64,000 nucleotides of DNA from an uncultured delta proteobacterium (GCA_963793865.1 CAWCBP010000008.1:480001-544000), one strand, 5' to 3'. Shown: positions 19,201 through 31,341, counted from the first letter of the stretch. Made by a program: numbers and translations. The notes: a model not told the origin generated them from the letters alone.

Positions 19201-19228
19201 ACCCACCAATAGCCTGGTGGGTTTTTTA
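19201..19228 (+). terminator. Intrinsic terminator of the riboswitch expression platform
   Basis: ACCCACCA-ATAGCC-TGGTGGGT followed by a T run, 30 nt before the antiporter ATG. Confidence 0.8.
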
Positions 19229-19257
19229 TTTGATCTCAACTGTAGAAGGATGTCACG

Positions 19258-20406
19258 ATGGGAAATATCTGGCTGGAATCTGCCCTATGGGTCTCATTAG
19301 CCTTACTTGCATCTCTGGTTTCTATCCGCCTTGCCATATCTGTTGCACTCATAGAAATTGTAGTGGGTGCAATTGCCGGCAATCTGCTCCATCTATCACT
19401 CACTCCCTGGATTAACTATCTCGCCGGTGTGGGGGCGATACTTCTTACCTTTCTTGCGGGTGCAGAGATTGATCCGGCAGTGGTGAAAAAGCACTTCTGG
19501 TCAAGCATGTCCATCGGTATCATGGGGTTCGTTGCCCCTTATGCCGGGGTGCTCCTCTATACTCATTTCATGTATCAATGGCCGTGGCCGCAAGCACAAA
19601 TTGCAGGCATTTCACTTTCAACCACTTCAGTGGCCGTGGTGTATGCGGTTATGCTCGAAACCGGCTTTAACCGGACCGAGATAGGTAAAATTCTGCTTGC
19701 GGCATGCTTCATAAATGATCTCGGCACCGTTCTCGCTCTGGGCATAATCTTTGCTAATTACAATATCTGGCTTGCCTTCTTTGCCTTGGTAACAGCCCTG
19801 ACTCTATGGTTGTTGCCCAAATTTGTACCCTGGTTTTTTAAAAAGATAGGCAATAGAATAAGTGAGCCCGAAATAAAATTCATCATGCTGTTACTCTTTT
19901 TCCTTGGTGGTATGGGCACTATTGCAAAAAGCGAGGCTGTACTGCCGGCCTACCTCGTCGGTATGGTCCTCGCACCTTTTTTCCTTAAAGAAAAAGTGCT
20001 TTCCCAGCGCATGCGAGTCATCGCTTTTACAATGCTTACGCCTTTCTATTTTCTCAAAGCCGGCTCACTGGTGAAGTTTCAGACTGTGGTGTTGTCGGCG
20101 GGAATCATCGCAGTTCTTCTGCTGGCCAAGATGCTTACAAAAACGATTGGTATCTGGCCTCTTACCAAGGCTTTTACGTTTAATAAACGAGAAGGCATTT
20201 ACACCACCCTTATGATGTCAACCGGACTGACTTTCGGCAGTATCTGTGCGTTGTTTGGCTTGACCAATAACATAATCAATCAGGATCAGTATACAATTCT
20301 AGTCACGGTGGTAATCGGCAGCGCGGTTATTCCCACGTTGATTGCCCAGCAGTGGTTTCATCCTGATCTAAACCTTATTAATGAGGAGGAAAACGACAAT
20401 GTATAA
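19258..20406 (+). CDS. Cation:proton antiporter (Na+/H+ exchanger superfamily)
   Basis: About 12 hydrophobic segments; LLTFLAGAEID, LSTTSVAVV, LAACFINDLG, PFYFLKAG. Confidence 0.88.
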   Translation: MGNIWLESALWVSLALLASLVSIRLAISVALIEIVVGAIAGNLLHLSLTPWINYLAGVGAILLTFLAGAEIDPAVVKKHFWSSMSIGIMGFVAPYAGVLLYTHFMYQWPWPQAQIAGISLSTTSVAVVYAVMLETGFNRTEIGKILLAACFINDLGTVLALGIIFANYNIWLAFFALVTALTLWLLPKFVPWFFKKIGNRISEPEIKFIMLLLFFLGGMGTIAKSEAVLPAYLVGMVLAPFFLKEKVLSQRMRVIAFTMLTPFYFLKAGSLVKFQTVVLSAGIIAVLLLAKMLTKTIGIWPLTKAFTFNKREGIYTTLMMSTGLTFGSICALFGLTNNIINQDQYTILVTVVIGSAVIPTLIAQQWFHPDLNLINEEENDNV

Positions 20407-20818
20407 AAAAGTTCTTCATGGACTTGATGGTTCAGAAGGATCCTTGCGTGCACTGGATGAAGCAGTACAACTGGCCAAATATTATGCAGCTGAACTTCAT
20501 ACCATATCAGTTGAGGAGCTGCCACGCTATCCAGGGGCCATTGGTGAGGTAGTGGAAGAAAAGATAATAGCTAATGGTGCGTTTGGCAGTGCAGTTGAAA
20601 AGGCCAGGCAAATGGCCGGAAGAGAGGGCGTGGATATTACCACTCACGTTATTGTCGGCCATGAGGTAAAAACCATACTGGAATTTATAAAACACAAAGG
20701 TTTTGACCTGATGGTTATAGGATTTATGGGCCACTCAGCCATCTATGACCGGGTTATGGGCAGTACCTGTCAGAGTCTGGTACGACTTGCCCCCTGTTCA
20801 GTCCTGGTAGTGAAATAA
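20399..20818 (+). CDS. Universal stress protein (UspA family)
   Basis: MYKKVLHGLDGSEGS; DLMVIGFMGHS...MGSTCQSLVRLAPCSVLVVK; overlaps the antiporter stop. Confidence 0.92.
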   Translation: MYKKVLHGLDGSEGSLRALDEAVQLAKYYAAELHTISVEELPRYPGAIGEVVEEKIIANGAFGSAVEKARQMAGREGVDITTHVIVGHEVKTILEFIKHKGFDLMVIGFMGHSAIYDRVMGSTCQSLVRLAPCSVLVVK

Positions 20819-20878
20819 TTTTTTCAAAACCAGTATGGAGAGATATTTATAGGACGACCATTTAAAAGAGCAGCAAAG

Positions 20879-22405
<1,527 letters not shown>

Positions 22406-22423
22406 TCCATAACCGGCCAGTTG

Positions 22424-22633
22424 ATGAACGTTAGCATCTATTTATTAATTGGTTTGCTTTTCAGCCCTATTGCGGGGGCTATGGCTTTTTTGATATTCTA
22501 TAACGAATATCTGCACCACTTTCCCGATAAAAAGCGGCCTTTCAAAATTGCCATTGAAGCTGCCATATTAACACTCGTGCTATTTATTATTTTGAGTATC
22601 GTTGCTGGATTTTTCATAGCTAAAACTCAGTAA
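22424..22633 (+). CDS. Small two-TM membrane protein
   Basis: Two hydrophobic stretches flanking YNEYLHHFPDKKR; co-oriented directly after eno. Confidence 0.65.
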   Translation: MNVSIYLLIGLLFSPIAGAMAFLIFYNEYLHHFPDKKRPFKIAIEAAILTLVLFIILSIVAGFFIAKTQ

Positions 22634-22685
22634 TTACTTTATCTTGTTCTCGTGTTGGTCAACCTTCCACGAGAGATTAACGGCC

Positions 22686-23099
22686 ATGCTTAACGAATTC
22701 CAAAAAAATGCCTTTGCAGGGATCCTGCGCACAATCGAAGAGATACTTCAAGTTATGGCATGTAAGATGGAGCATGCCGGTTACCAGGGGATTCTATATG
22801 AAGATTGTATTGATGAGTCTCTCTTAAAGAACCATGATGATTTTTTTAATAAAAAGGCCCGAGTTGGGGAAATTTTACAAAATCTACAGCAGCAGTTTGG
22901 ATTGGAAAGAAGGATAATTGATGTTAAACGCAATATGCGTGGCAGCCTCCATTATTGCTTGCAAATTCTTGATGATGCACGGGCAGGAAAACTGAAAGGA
23001 TATGGTACGATTACCGAAGGAGTGGACGCAACGATTGATCCCCAAATACATCAAATCAAAAAATCCCTTCAAGAAATGATTGCACTAGTCAGCTCGTAA
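22686..23099 (+). CDS. Hypothetical helical protein preceding the dynamin-like gene
   Basis: Open 137-codon frame with amphipathic pattern and a KLKGYG motif. Confidence 0.6.
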   Translation: MLNEFQKNAFAGILRTIEEILQVMACKMEHAGYQGILYEDCIDESLLKNHDDFFNKKARVGEILQNLQQQFGLERRIIDVKRNMRGSLHYCLQILDDARAGKLKGYGTITEGVDATIDPQIHQIKKSLQEMIALVSS

Positions 23100-23153
23100 G
23101 TAAGAGCTACCCTATTCAAGGGATATAAAACACAAACAGCACGTTAATCCAGG

Positions 23154-24860
23154 ATGAATGCCATCAAAGATTATACGCAACTACCGATACAGCAGAATTC
23201 CGCAAAGGATGCTTTAGAGAAGATACGAAATGCGGCAGAGCGTTTTAATATCGTATCTCTCTACCGGCAGATAGAAGCCTGTGAGATATTGCTGGCGGAA
23301 AATCAGTCTATTGATATTGCGATTCTTGGCCAATTCAAGGCAGGCAAAACTTCATTTATCAATTCACTGATCGGGAAATCAATCCTGCCGGTGGGCGTGA
23401 TCCCGGTGACAACGGTGATAACACGTATTGCACGGGTGCAGTATGGATTGACCGAGCGGGTGCTGGTACGGTTCCTGGATGGCACACAACGTACTATTCC
23501 TTTGCCGGACATTGAGGAGTATATAGCGGAGTCAAAAAATCCCGCCAACATAAAAAAAGTGGCCATGGTTGATGTAGAGCTGCCGCTTTTTGAACGGTAC
23601 CATGGACTGCGGCTGGTCGATACCCCGGGTCTGGGAAGCGCCTATACCTATAATACGGCAACATCAGAAGAGTGGCTGCCCAAGGTGGGAGCGGCCATCG
23701 TTGCCATCAGTTCTGAACGCCCGCTTTCAGAAAGTGATGTACAATTGCTTCGGGAGCTCATGGACTATACGCCGGAGATCATACTTCTTTTGACCAAGGC
23801 AGACCTGCTGTCATCCGATCAGAAAGCCGAGGTCATTACTTTCCTGAACGATACAACCAGGAAGGAGCTTGGTTGCACGTTTCCAGTCTTTCTCTATTCA
23901 ATTAGAAGTGATGAGGATACTTATAAAAAGAGGCTTGATACAGAACTTTTTGCTCCCTTATCACATAACCTTGGCGCCGAACTGCAGAAGATATCACGGC
24001 ATAAAATCACCTCGCTTGCCCGTTCCTGTGCCGGTTATCTTGGAGTTGCCCTTCAGGCATCATTACAGGCAGATCATGACCGGGAAGAGGTGAAAAATCT
24101 TATCCTGGATGAAAAAGTAAATTTTGACCTCATGCGCTCAGAACTTTTGCTGATTGCCAGAGAGCACATGCTCCAGACACGCACGCTGATTGCAGACTAT
24201 CTTGAATCTACTTACAAACTATTGCTGACCCGTAAGTTGATGGCAGCGCTAAAACATGACATGAAATCATGGAGGGGAAATCTTTGGAAATTTACCAGAC
24301 GATATGAACAGTGGGTGAAGGAAAGAATGATGGAGGAGATGGGTAGCATTTCAAAAAGTCAACCCCGGCAGTTTTTTGAATCACTTGATAATGCCCGAAC
24401 TGCCATTGCTCGATCCCTCGTACTTTTTAAAGACCATCTCAACAGTAATATTGAGAAGGTATTAAAAATGAGGCTCGGTGAAGCGGACTGGAATATCGAG
24501 GTGACACAACCCGGTTGTGCCGATCTTACCTTCACCCGGACATTTGATTTCCACCTTGACCTCTTCTGGTTTCTCATTCCCATGGTTGTTTTCAGGAAGG
24601 CCTTTGAACGCCATTTTCTGAGCCAGATCCCCTGGGCAGTCGAGGTGAATCTGTCACGCCTCGCTTATCAGTGGGAAGTCAGTATTAACCGAACCATTGA
24701 GGCAATAAGGGACAGGGCGTTACGGTATGTGCAGGAAGAACTTTCAACGATTGAAACGCTTTTATCCAACCGCCATGGACAAACAGATGTCTTGCGCCAG
24801 GCGCTGCAGGATATTCAGGGTCATTTGCCAGACAGTGAGGCACTGAGTGTCATTCCTTGA
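23154..24860 (+). CDS. Bacterial dynamin-like GTPase
   Basis: G1 GQFKAGKTS, G2 PVTT, G3 LVDTPGLGS, G4 TKAD; long helical C-terminus with hydrophobic LFWFLIPMVVF segment. Confidence 0.85.
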   Translation: MNAIKDYTQLPIQQNSAKDALEKIRNAAERFNIVSLYRQIEACEILLAENQSIDIAILGQFKAGKTSFINSLIGKSILPVGVIPVTTVITRIARVQYGLTERVLVRFLDGTQRTIPLPDIEEYIAESKNPANIKKVAMVDVELPLFERYHGLRLVDTPGLGSAYTYNTATSEEWLPKVGAAIVAISSERPLSESDVQLLRELMDYTPEIILLLTKADLLSSDQKAEVITFLNDTTRKELGCTFPVFLYSIRSDEDTYKKRLDTELFAPLSHNLGAELQKISRHKITSLARSCAGYLGVALQASLQADHDREEVKNLILDEKVNFDLMRSELLLIAREHMLQTRTLIADYLESTYKLLLTRKLMAALKHDMKSWRGNLWKFTRRYEQWVKERMMEEMGSISKSQPRQFFESLDNARTAIARSLVLFKDHLNSNIEKVLKMRLGEADWNIEVTQPGCADLTFTRTFDFHLDLFWFLIPMVVFRKAFERHFLSQIPWAVEVNLSRLAYQWEVSINRTIEAIRDRALRYVQEELSTIETLLSNRHGQTDVLRQALQDIQGHLPDSEALSVIP

Positions 24861-25293
24861 TAGTAAGCGTCCGGACAACATCGGCCATGGACTCTTTCCC
24901 GCGTAAACGCGCCAGTTCTATCGGCGATTCCTGAAACCCTTCAAGCGAACTGAAAAGCCTGTCCACAGGGTCACCGCCTGTGGTCGGAACAAGAAAAATA
25001 TGCGTGTGGGGTATCCGCCGGCCCCGGGCATACATGCTGACAAAATCGGGTTTATATACGCGCATTATTTTCTGAGCTACCGTCTGAGCCACCGTAAAGA
25101 GACTTTCTCCCTCTTCCCTGGTCAAATCATACCACCAGGGAACATGGCGCTTCGGGATAACCAGGCAGTGGCCTTTGGTAAGCGGCTGGATATCGAGAAT
25201 ACAGAGAGATAATTCATCTTGATGGATGATATAGGCGGGTGCTTTGCCCGCTACAATATCACAAAAAACACAGTTGTTCTGAATGTCTGGCAT
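24850..25293 (-). CDS. HIT-family nucleotide hydrolase
   Basis: CVFCDIVAG, DIQPLTKGHCLVIPKRH, IPHTHIFLVP (third His replaced). Confidence 0.85.
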   Translation of the reverse strand: MPDIQNNCVFCDIVAGKAPAYIIHQDELSLCILDIQPLTKGHCLVIPKRHVPWWYDLTREEGESLFTVAQTVAQKIMRVYKPDFVSMYARGRRIPHTHIFLVPTTGGDPVDRLFSSLEGFQESPIELARLRGKESMADVVRTLTIKE

Positions 25294-25387
25294 GTAGATT
25301 CCTCCCTCGCGAAAAATAGTTTAAGGAGGAGTAGCATAACAGACCTTTTTGGTCAATACTTTATAAGTCGCTTATCACGTACGTCTC

Positions 25388-26599
25388 ATGAATACAGATA
25401 AAAAGATATTTGGTCTTCAAAAAAACATCTTTTTTGCCGGGCTGGTGAGCTTTTTCATGGATGTAAGCTCCGAAATGGTTTATCCCCTGGTACCGCTCTT
25501 TCTCGCGAACGTCCTCGGAGTCAATAAATTCCTAATCGGGCTGATCGAAGGGATAGCGGAATCAACCGCAAGCATTCTCAATGTCTTTTCCGGCTGGTGG
25601 TCGGATAAGATCAGAAAGCGCAAGGACCTCATGATTGCCGGCTACTCCGTCTCCACACTGAGCAGGCCTATAATGGCCGTCGCACATAGCTGGCAGCATA
25701 TCTTGACGGGTCGGTTTATTGACAGGGTGGGAAAAGGGATACGCACCGCCCCGCGTGATGCGATCATTGCTGAATCATCCGACCCGGCACATCTTGCCCG
25801 CTCATTCAGCTTTCACCGTTCACTGGACACCATGGGCGCGGTTGTCGGCCCTTTGCTTGCGATCCTTTTGCTGCAATGCTTTGCCAATAGCTATAGGACT
25901 GTTTTCTGGTTCTCGATGCTGCCGGGAACAATTGCCGTATTCATTGTGGTACTGTTTATTAAGGAAAAACAACACGACATCGCCGCGCAGCGGATAGAGG
26001 CACCACGGCTGACCCTCAAAGTTTTCGATAAAAAGGCTCGGTTTTTTATTCTGATTGCAACTATATTTGCCCTTGGCAATTCAAGCGACATGTTTTTGAT
26101 TCTTAAGGCACAGCAGGTTGGTATCCCACCGCCGGTCATTCCGGGCGTGTATCTTCTCCTCAATCTTGTTTATTCGCTTTCCGCAGTGCCCGCAGGCATA
26201 ACGGCTGATGCATTTGGCAAGAAAAGGGTAATATTGATGGGGTTTGTACTTTTTGCGATTTTGTATTATGGCTTTGGGGTTGCAACAACGGCAACTGCCA
26301 TCTGGTTTTTATTTGGACTTTACGGCGTTTTCATGGGACTTACGGAAGGCATCCAGAAGGCATATCTCGCAACCATCGTATCTCCGCACGTTAAGGCAAC
26401 GGCATTTGGCGTGTATAGCACCGCCATCGGTATCAGCAAGCTTCCTGCCAGTCTGATTGCCGGATGGCTTTGGGATAGAGTTTCGCCGGCCATGACCTTC
26501 TACTTCGGGGCGGCAACTTCTGTTGTATCAGCAATGTTATTCATAATACTCATCTTTATTTCGAGGAACTCGGAAAAACTACAAAGGGAACAAAATTAA
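25388..26599 (+). CDS. MFS transporter
   Basis: 12-TM pattern; DVSSEMVYPLVP, DRVGKGIRTAPRDAII, FHRSLDTMGA. Confidence 0.9.
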   Translation: MNTDKKIFGLQKNIFFAGLVSFFMDVSSEMVYPLVPLFLANVLGVNKFLIGLIEGIAESTASILNVFSGWWSDKIRKRKDLMIAGYSVSTLSRPIMAVAHSWQHILTGRFIDRVGKGIRTAPRDAIIAESSDPAHLARSFSFHRSLDTMGAVVGPLLAILLLQCFANSYRTVFWFSMLPGTIAVFIVVLFIKEKQHDIAAQRIEAPRLTLKVFDKKARFFILIATIFALGNSSDMFLILKAQQVGIPPPVIPGVYLLLNLVYSLSAVPAGITADAFGKKRVILMGFVLFAILYYGFGVATTATAIWFLFGLYGVFMGLTEGIQKAYLATIVSPHVKATAFGVYSTAIGISKLPASLIAGWLWDRVSPAMTFYFGAATSVVSAMLFIILIFISRNSEKLQREQN

Positions 26600-26798
26600 T
26601 ATACACATCCCATGCTTACTGCCTATGAAGCATTTATATTCCCCCACAATAATTATGGTTCTAATTTTTTAATTCTTCCAAGATATTTTTCTTGTATAAT
26701 GAGATATGGCTGGCTTCATCAAATAATGGCTCAAGGGATTGTGTCGAAGGATAACATATAATCATTTCTTCAATAATTCATTATATGGGAGGTGTGTT

Positions 26799-27273
26799 AT
26801 GGTTACGATCGACACTTTAAAAAACAATGAACTTTTTCAAGGAATTTCTGATGCAGAGCTGCAACAAGTATTGCCATTCTGCAAAGAAAGGAGTTTTGAT
26901 GCAGATACAACTATCTGTAAGTATGAAGAAAAAGGCAAAGAATTTTTTTCTCTTATTAGATGGTAATGTTAACCTTCAGATTCCAACAGAAAAAGAATTC
27001 GGTATATCAGTCGTTTTTGTAAAAGCAGGTAGCGCCTTTGGTTTCTCAGCTCTCATCGACCCTTACAGGTATACCGCTACAGGAAAGTGTGACACAAAAG
27101 TAAATGTAATTGCTATTGCAATTGATCCTTTTCTAGATTTTATCTCTAATAAAAATAACAGAACCGGCTTCTTGGTTATGAGGAATTTGGCTCGTATCCT
27201 GATGCATCGCCTTGATGCCACTCGAAAAAATTTAAGCTATTTAGTATCACAGATACCAATTGCAATTCCTTGA
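26799..27273 (+). CDS. Stand-alone cyclic-nucleotide-binding domain protein; frameshift at the T run near 26945
   Basis: LKNNELFQGISDAEL... continues in another frame as FFLLLDGNVNL...GSAFGFSALIDPYRYTATGKC. Confidence 0.75.
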
Positions 27274-27538
27274 AAAGATGCAAGATTTCAACTGGAATCA
27301 GGGTTAAATATTCATAGCATCGTAAACCTGCGACCTCCATACCATAGTGCAATATAAAATCGGAAAAGGCTTTGGACTGGCAGAAGGTCAGGAAACTTAT
27401 ATTCACCTGCGCCCCCTAGCTTCTGCCTGTTATCAGGCAACGTTCATCCTGGAATCCGATAGATTTTTAAATTAATGATCCTAAAATATTCATTAACTCA
27501 GGTCTCTCAATGAATTCGCAGCGTGATTTTTACACGTT

Positions 27539-28386
27539 ATGGATGATAAGATCAATTTCACGAATAACATAGTACGAAATATTTTAAGCGGTTTATCTGG
27601 GAAGCACAATTGGCATTCTTGGCGGATTAATTGGGTTGGGTGGTGCGGGATTTCGTTTACCGTTATTGGTTGGCTTATTCAAATTCAAAACTCTTCATGC
27701 CATTATATTAAACTTGGTTGTAAGTTTAGCCACGGTATTCTTCTCTTTCATTTTTAGGAGTACTTCAATTCCCATGTCTCTTATAGGACAAAATGCCCAT
27801 GTCATATTAAATCTTTTGTCTGGCTCTTTAATTGGCGCATTGATTGGGGTTAAGCTTGCGACGAAACTTGATGCTCACAAACTGGATATAATTGTTTTTA
27901 TATTCCTTTTATTTCTTGGTGTTTTTATGATTATTCACACTCAGGTTCACTTGGGACATCTTTATGTATCGCTCATAATAAGAAGTATTGCAGGATTGTG
28001 TGCGGGAATGGTAATTGGAATATTCAGCAGTATGCTTGGTATTGCTGGTGGCGAATTATTAATACCTACAATAATTCTGCTTTACGCTATTGATATCAAA
28101 TTAGCTGGCAGTTTAAGACTGTTGTGTTAGTTTTCCAACTGTCATAATAGGAATAATGAAATACAGGAAACATGAGCAGTTTATGATTGTAAGGGACAAT
28201 TTGGCATTTATTAACTGCATGGTTATTGGTTCTGTCATTGGATCATTTATTGGCAGTCGGATACTTGTAGGAATGAGTACAAATACTCTACAGATAATTT
28301 TAGGAACAGTACTGATAATGTCGGCAATTCATATGGTGATGAGGAAAGTATCAGATCGAGGCATTAACAATGAAATAAATGTGTAA
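27539..28386 (+). CDS. TauE/SafE (TSUP) family membrane exporter; two frameshifts (near 27600 and 28120)
   Basis: Duplicated motifs IGILGGLIGLGGAGFRLP and FSSMLGIAGGELLIP; C-terminal part GSVIGSFIGS in a third frame. Confidence 0.75.
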
Positions 28387-28480
28387 GATTTAAAACTCTT
28401 TTGTAATAATTTATAATGAACAGTTCATAATGGTTTTTTGAAACTGATGATTATACATTCTCCCAAATCAGATCATATTT

Positions 28481-28897
28481 TTAAATCAACATTCTCCCGA
28501 CTTCACGGGCAATTACTTCTATGTGAATGCTCCCGGCGTATTTAACTTCTTCTTCAATAACGACAATTGGTGAAGGCAGTCTATTAGTCACCAGCAGTTG
28601 TCCAAATTTAGATTCTTTTTCCTGTGGCACCCAAAGCAGATTAACGTATTCTATTGATGTCCTACCCGGATATAATTTTTTCAAAGTAGATTTTAGCTCA
28701 TTAGCCATTATCTGAACCGAAGCATAGCCAGACCCACAGGTTATTGGATTGCAGCCTAATCTAATGGTAGGCAAGTCAAAAATTCTAATTTTCACAAAAT
28801 TTCTTTTTTCTATCTCTTGTTTTTTGGGTTCATAATAGATTTTTTTTAAATAACCAACAATAGCGGAGAATTTTGTGTGTTTTAAAGAAGCCTTCAT
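28481..28897 (-). CDS. Hypothetical protein, possibly thioredoxin-like fold
   Basis: CNPITCG, IEYVNL and PSPIVVIEEEVKYAG resemble small Trx-like domains. Confidence 0.45.
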   Translation of the reverse strand: MKASLKHTKFSAIVGYLKKIYYEPKKQEIEKRNFVKIRIFDLPTIRLGCNPITCGSGYASVQIMANELKSTLKKLYPGRTSIEYVNLLWVPQEKESKFGQLLVTNRLPSPIVVIEEEVKYAGSIHIEVIAREVGRMLI

Positions 28898-29059
28898 ATA
28901 ATCATTCCCTCAAATCCTTTTTTAAATCTCCCTCCATTCACCGATCACATGTTGCAAAGCAGATAAATGATACAAACTAATAATTACCTTGATGAAATGT
29001 ATAACCACTCCGTCACATACAATTGAAAAAGTGGCTTGCGCGGTATGAGCTTCTCACCT

Positions 29060-29085
29060 GTTCCGGAGACCAACGCTCTATCCAG
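29060..29085 (-). other. tRNA-Arg(CCG) internal fragment (possible att relic)
   Basis: Reverse complement CTGGATAGAGCGTTGGTCTCCGGAAC = D-loop 3' part, anticodon stem and loop CTCCGGA; flanks are not tRNA-like. Confidence 0.6.
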
Positions 29086-29164
29086 GATATTGGGAAAACT
29101 GTTCCATAGATACTACCCAGTCGTTATGTGAATATGGTAATAATGAAAGGGTAGGGCCTTAAAT

Positions 29165-29188
29165 TTTTGTGTGGGCTTTTGTGTGGGC
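29165..29188 (+). repeat. 12-bp tandem direct repeat, candidate integrase arm-type sites
   Basis: TTTTGTGTGGGC x2; a similar TGTGTG pair with 12-bp period lies at 32478-32498. Confidence 0.55.
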
Positions 29189-29302
29189 TTTTTTCTGAAA
29201 TCAGGGTAAATTGGGTGCACAGGGTTACACAGGAATACACATCAACTTTAGGAATATCAAAAACTTATAATAAAACAGGTGACTTGAATATCTGTTCCTT
29301 CT

Positions 29303-29348
29303 GCCTTTCACGCCGGCAACAGGGGTTCAAATCCCCTTGGGGACGCCA
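29303..29348 (+). other. 3' half of tRNA-Glu(TTC), att-site duplication
   Basis: GCCTTTCACGCCGGCAACAGGGGTTCAAATCCCCTTGGGGACGCCA: anticodon loop, T-arm, acceptor 3' strand and CCA; the 5' half is absent. Confidence 0.88.
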
Positions 29349-29356
29349 AGGTAATT

Positions 29357-29388
29357 AAAGAGGTTAGCCAATTCAGGCTGGCCTCTTT
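29357..29388 (+). terminator. Terminator-like hairpin after the tRNA-Glu fragment
   Basis: AAAGAGGTTAGCC / GGCTGGCCTCTTT. Confidence 0.65.
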
Positions 29389-29433
29389 GTGCTCTTGTGA
29401 TCTGGTACAGTAAAAAGAAGCGGGGTCGGGGAA

Positions 29434-29468
29434 CAGGGTTCAGGGTGTAGGGTCCAGGGTGCAGGGCG
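29434..29468. repeat. Degenerate 7-bp tandem repeat
   Basis: CAGGGTT CAGGGTG TAGGGTC CAGGGTG CAGGGCG. Confidence 0.6.
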
Positions 29469-29781
29469 GAGGGGAAATAGTCAACGGTCCATTGTCTACG
29501 GAAGCAGACCGGCTCAGTTGGGTTACCCATTTTCTTGTAATGCATGCTATCTTCTCCCCGGCAGGCTGCCGTTTAATGTAACGCTCAAGCCTGAGGGCAT
29601 CGCTTTTCGACATTCCTCTACTGACCGCCATTAGCTTAACCGGCAGGCGCGATTTTGTATATTTTGCACCCTTCCCGGCATTGTGCTTCTCAATACGGCT
29701 GGTGATGTCATTGGTGATCCCGCAGTACAGGGTATTGTCGGCACATCGCACCAAATAAACTTTCCAGTGCATATTTCGCAT
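29440..29781 (-). CDS. GIY-YIG nuclease (UPF0213-like)
   Basis: WKVYLVRCADNTLYCGITNDITSRIEKHNAGKGAKYTKSRLPVKL...ALRLERYIK. Confidence 0.9.
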   Translation of the reverse strand: MRNMHWKVYLVRCADNTLYCGITNDITSRIEKHNAGKGAKYTKSRLPVKLMAVSRGMSKSDALRLERYIKRQPAGEKIACITRKWVTQLSRSASVDNGPLTISPPPCTLDPTP

Positions 29782-29789
29782 TCCCTTTG

Positions 29790-29975
29790 CTAAGCATCGG
29801 AGTATTTATAGCAATTTATCCCAATCCGAATATTTTCAGCGCCAGGGATGGGGACGTTCCCACGTGTCGTGGCGACCACAATAGTTTTTCCTGATTTGCT
29901 CGGACCAAAGTCTTTGCTTAGGTCTATAGTGATAACTGCTTTATTGTCTTTGACCTCAATCTGTACATTATCCAT
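29790..29975 (-). CDS. Small conserved-looking hypothetical protein
   Basis: AGGAG RBS; ITIDLSKDFGPSKSGKTIVVATTRGN. Confidence 0.75.
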   Translation of the reverse strand: MDNVQIEVKDNKAVITIDLSKDFGPSKSGKTIVVATTRGNVPIPGAENIRIGINCYKYSDA

Positions 29976-30517
29976 TGTAATCTCCTAATTAATTCTGATG
30001 TGGTGCCTCCTCTATACCACACAACTGCTTACAGGGTAAAGGAGAAGGTAGGATGAGAAATTCTAAATTAAATAGAATCAATACCGGGGGAATAGAAATT
30101 ACTCAACAGAAAATGTTGGCTGCCTGTGGATAAGTACAGGTTTGAAATAAAATCAGCATGTATTGTTTGTGTTATTAGCACATTGCTCAAATTTTGACCA
30201 TTTAGGAATGCCAATAGAAACAGATAGTTATAAAGAAGCAGTAGTGTTCGTGCTGGAAGTGGTTTATGGCTTTCTTTTTTATACCCAAGATATCCACAAT
30301 GATAGAGAAGAATTCAATAGCTTGTGTTTATTATCCTGCATGACATTAATTTTTTTCCATTGCATATTCAAGAAGAAAAAATAGTCAAATGTAAAAAATA
30401 ATTACGTTGCGTCTTTATGATATTATTTATAGATTGTGATATTCAACCTGTGCACCAGACCGGTAGTGCAATGTCGGGCAGGCCACTGTCGTCGCAATAA
30501 GTTACTATAGGTATGAA

Positions 30518-31160
30518 ATGGCAGTTGTCGTAAAAAATGAAAGCATCCGGATTGAAAAACTTGAATTGGGGCCCTTCGGCACCAATGCCTATATTTTAAC
30601 CTGCCCCAAAACAAAGCATGAGCGTTGTCGTCGATGCCCCGGGAGAAGCAGACAAGATTCTGGAACGACTCAAAGGCACAAATCCCAAATGCATTCTGAT
30701 GACCCACAATCACATGGATCATGTCGGTGCGCTTTTGGAGTTACAATCAAAGCTGGGCGTTCCGGTTGCGGTACACAGTGCCGATGCCGGTAATCTGCCG
30801 CTGGAGCCTGATCAAATTTTAAGTGACGGCGACGTGGTATCGATTGGAGAAATTCAAATCACCGTATTGCATACGCCGGGGCACACCCCTGGCAGCCTGT
30901 GCTTTCTGACGGGCAGCTATTTACTATCAGGCGATACGATTTTTCCGGGCGGGCCGGGAAAAACATGGTCCCCCGCTGCGTTTAAGCAAATCATTGAATC
31001 CTTAAAGAGTAAAATATTTGTGCTTCCGGATGAGACGGAAGTGTATCCCGGGCACGGCGGCGCTACAACTCTCAAAAAAGAAAAACAGAATTTCGAAATT
31101 TTTTCCTCAAAACCCCATGACCCGAAGCTTTGCGGGGATGTTGTGTGGCTTTCATCATAG
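30518..31160 (+). CDS. MBL-fold metallo-hydrolase (glyoxalase II-like); frameshift near 30615
   Basis: LGPFGTNAYIL, then VVDAPG, THNHMDHVGA, HTPGHTPGS, SGDTIF, VYPGHG. Confidence 0.85.
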
Positions 31161-31341
31161 CCAGATTTTACATCATCCGTGCCTTACCACTATGTAACCC
31201 CGGCTCGTGAAATTTTTTTAGCATCAAAAAGCATCCCTTACCGAATGATTCCAATCCGGTGAAAAGCTTTTCCGAACAGGTTGTTGAAAAAGTATGTGTT
31301 TTTATTTACTGCTGTTTTATGACAGTGCGTCTTACACTAAA

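Noticed and set aside
29303..29348. Functional tRNA-Glu gene
   Set aside because: The acceptor 5' strand and D-arm are missing; the Arg and Lys matches are also partial.
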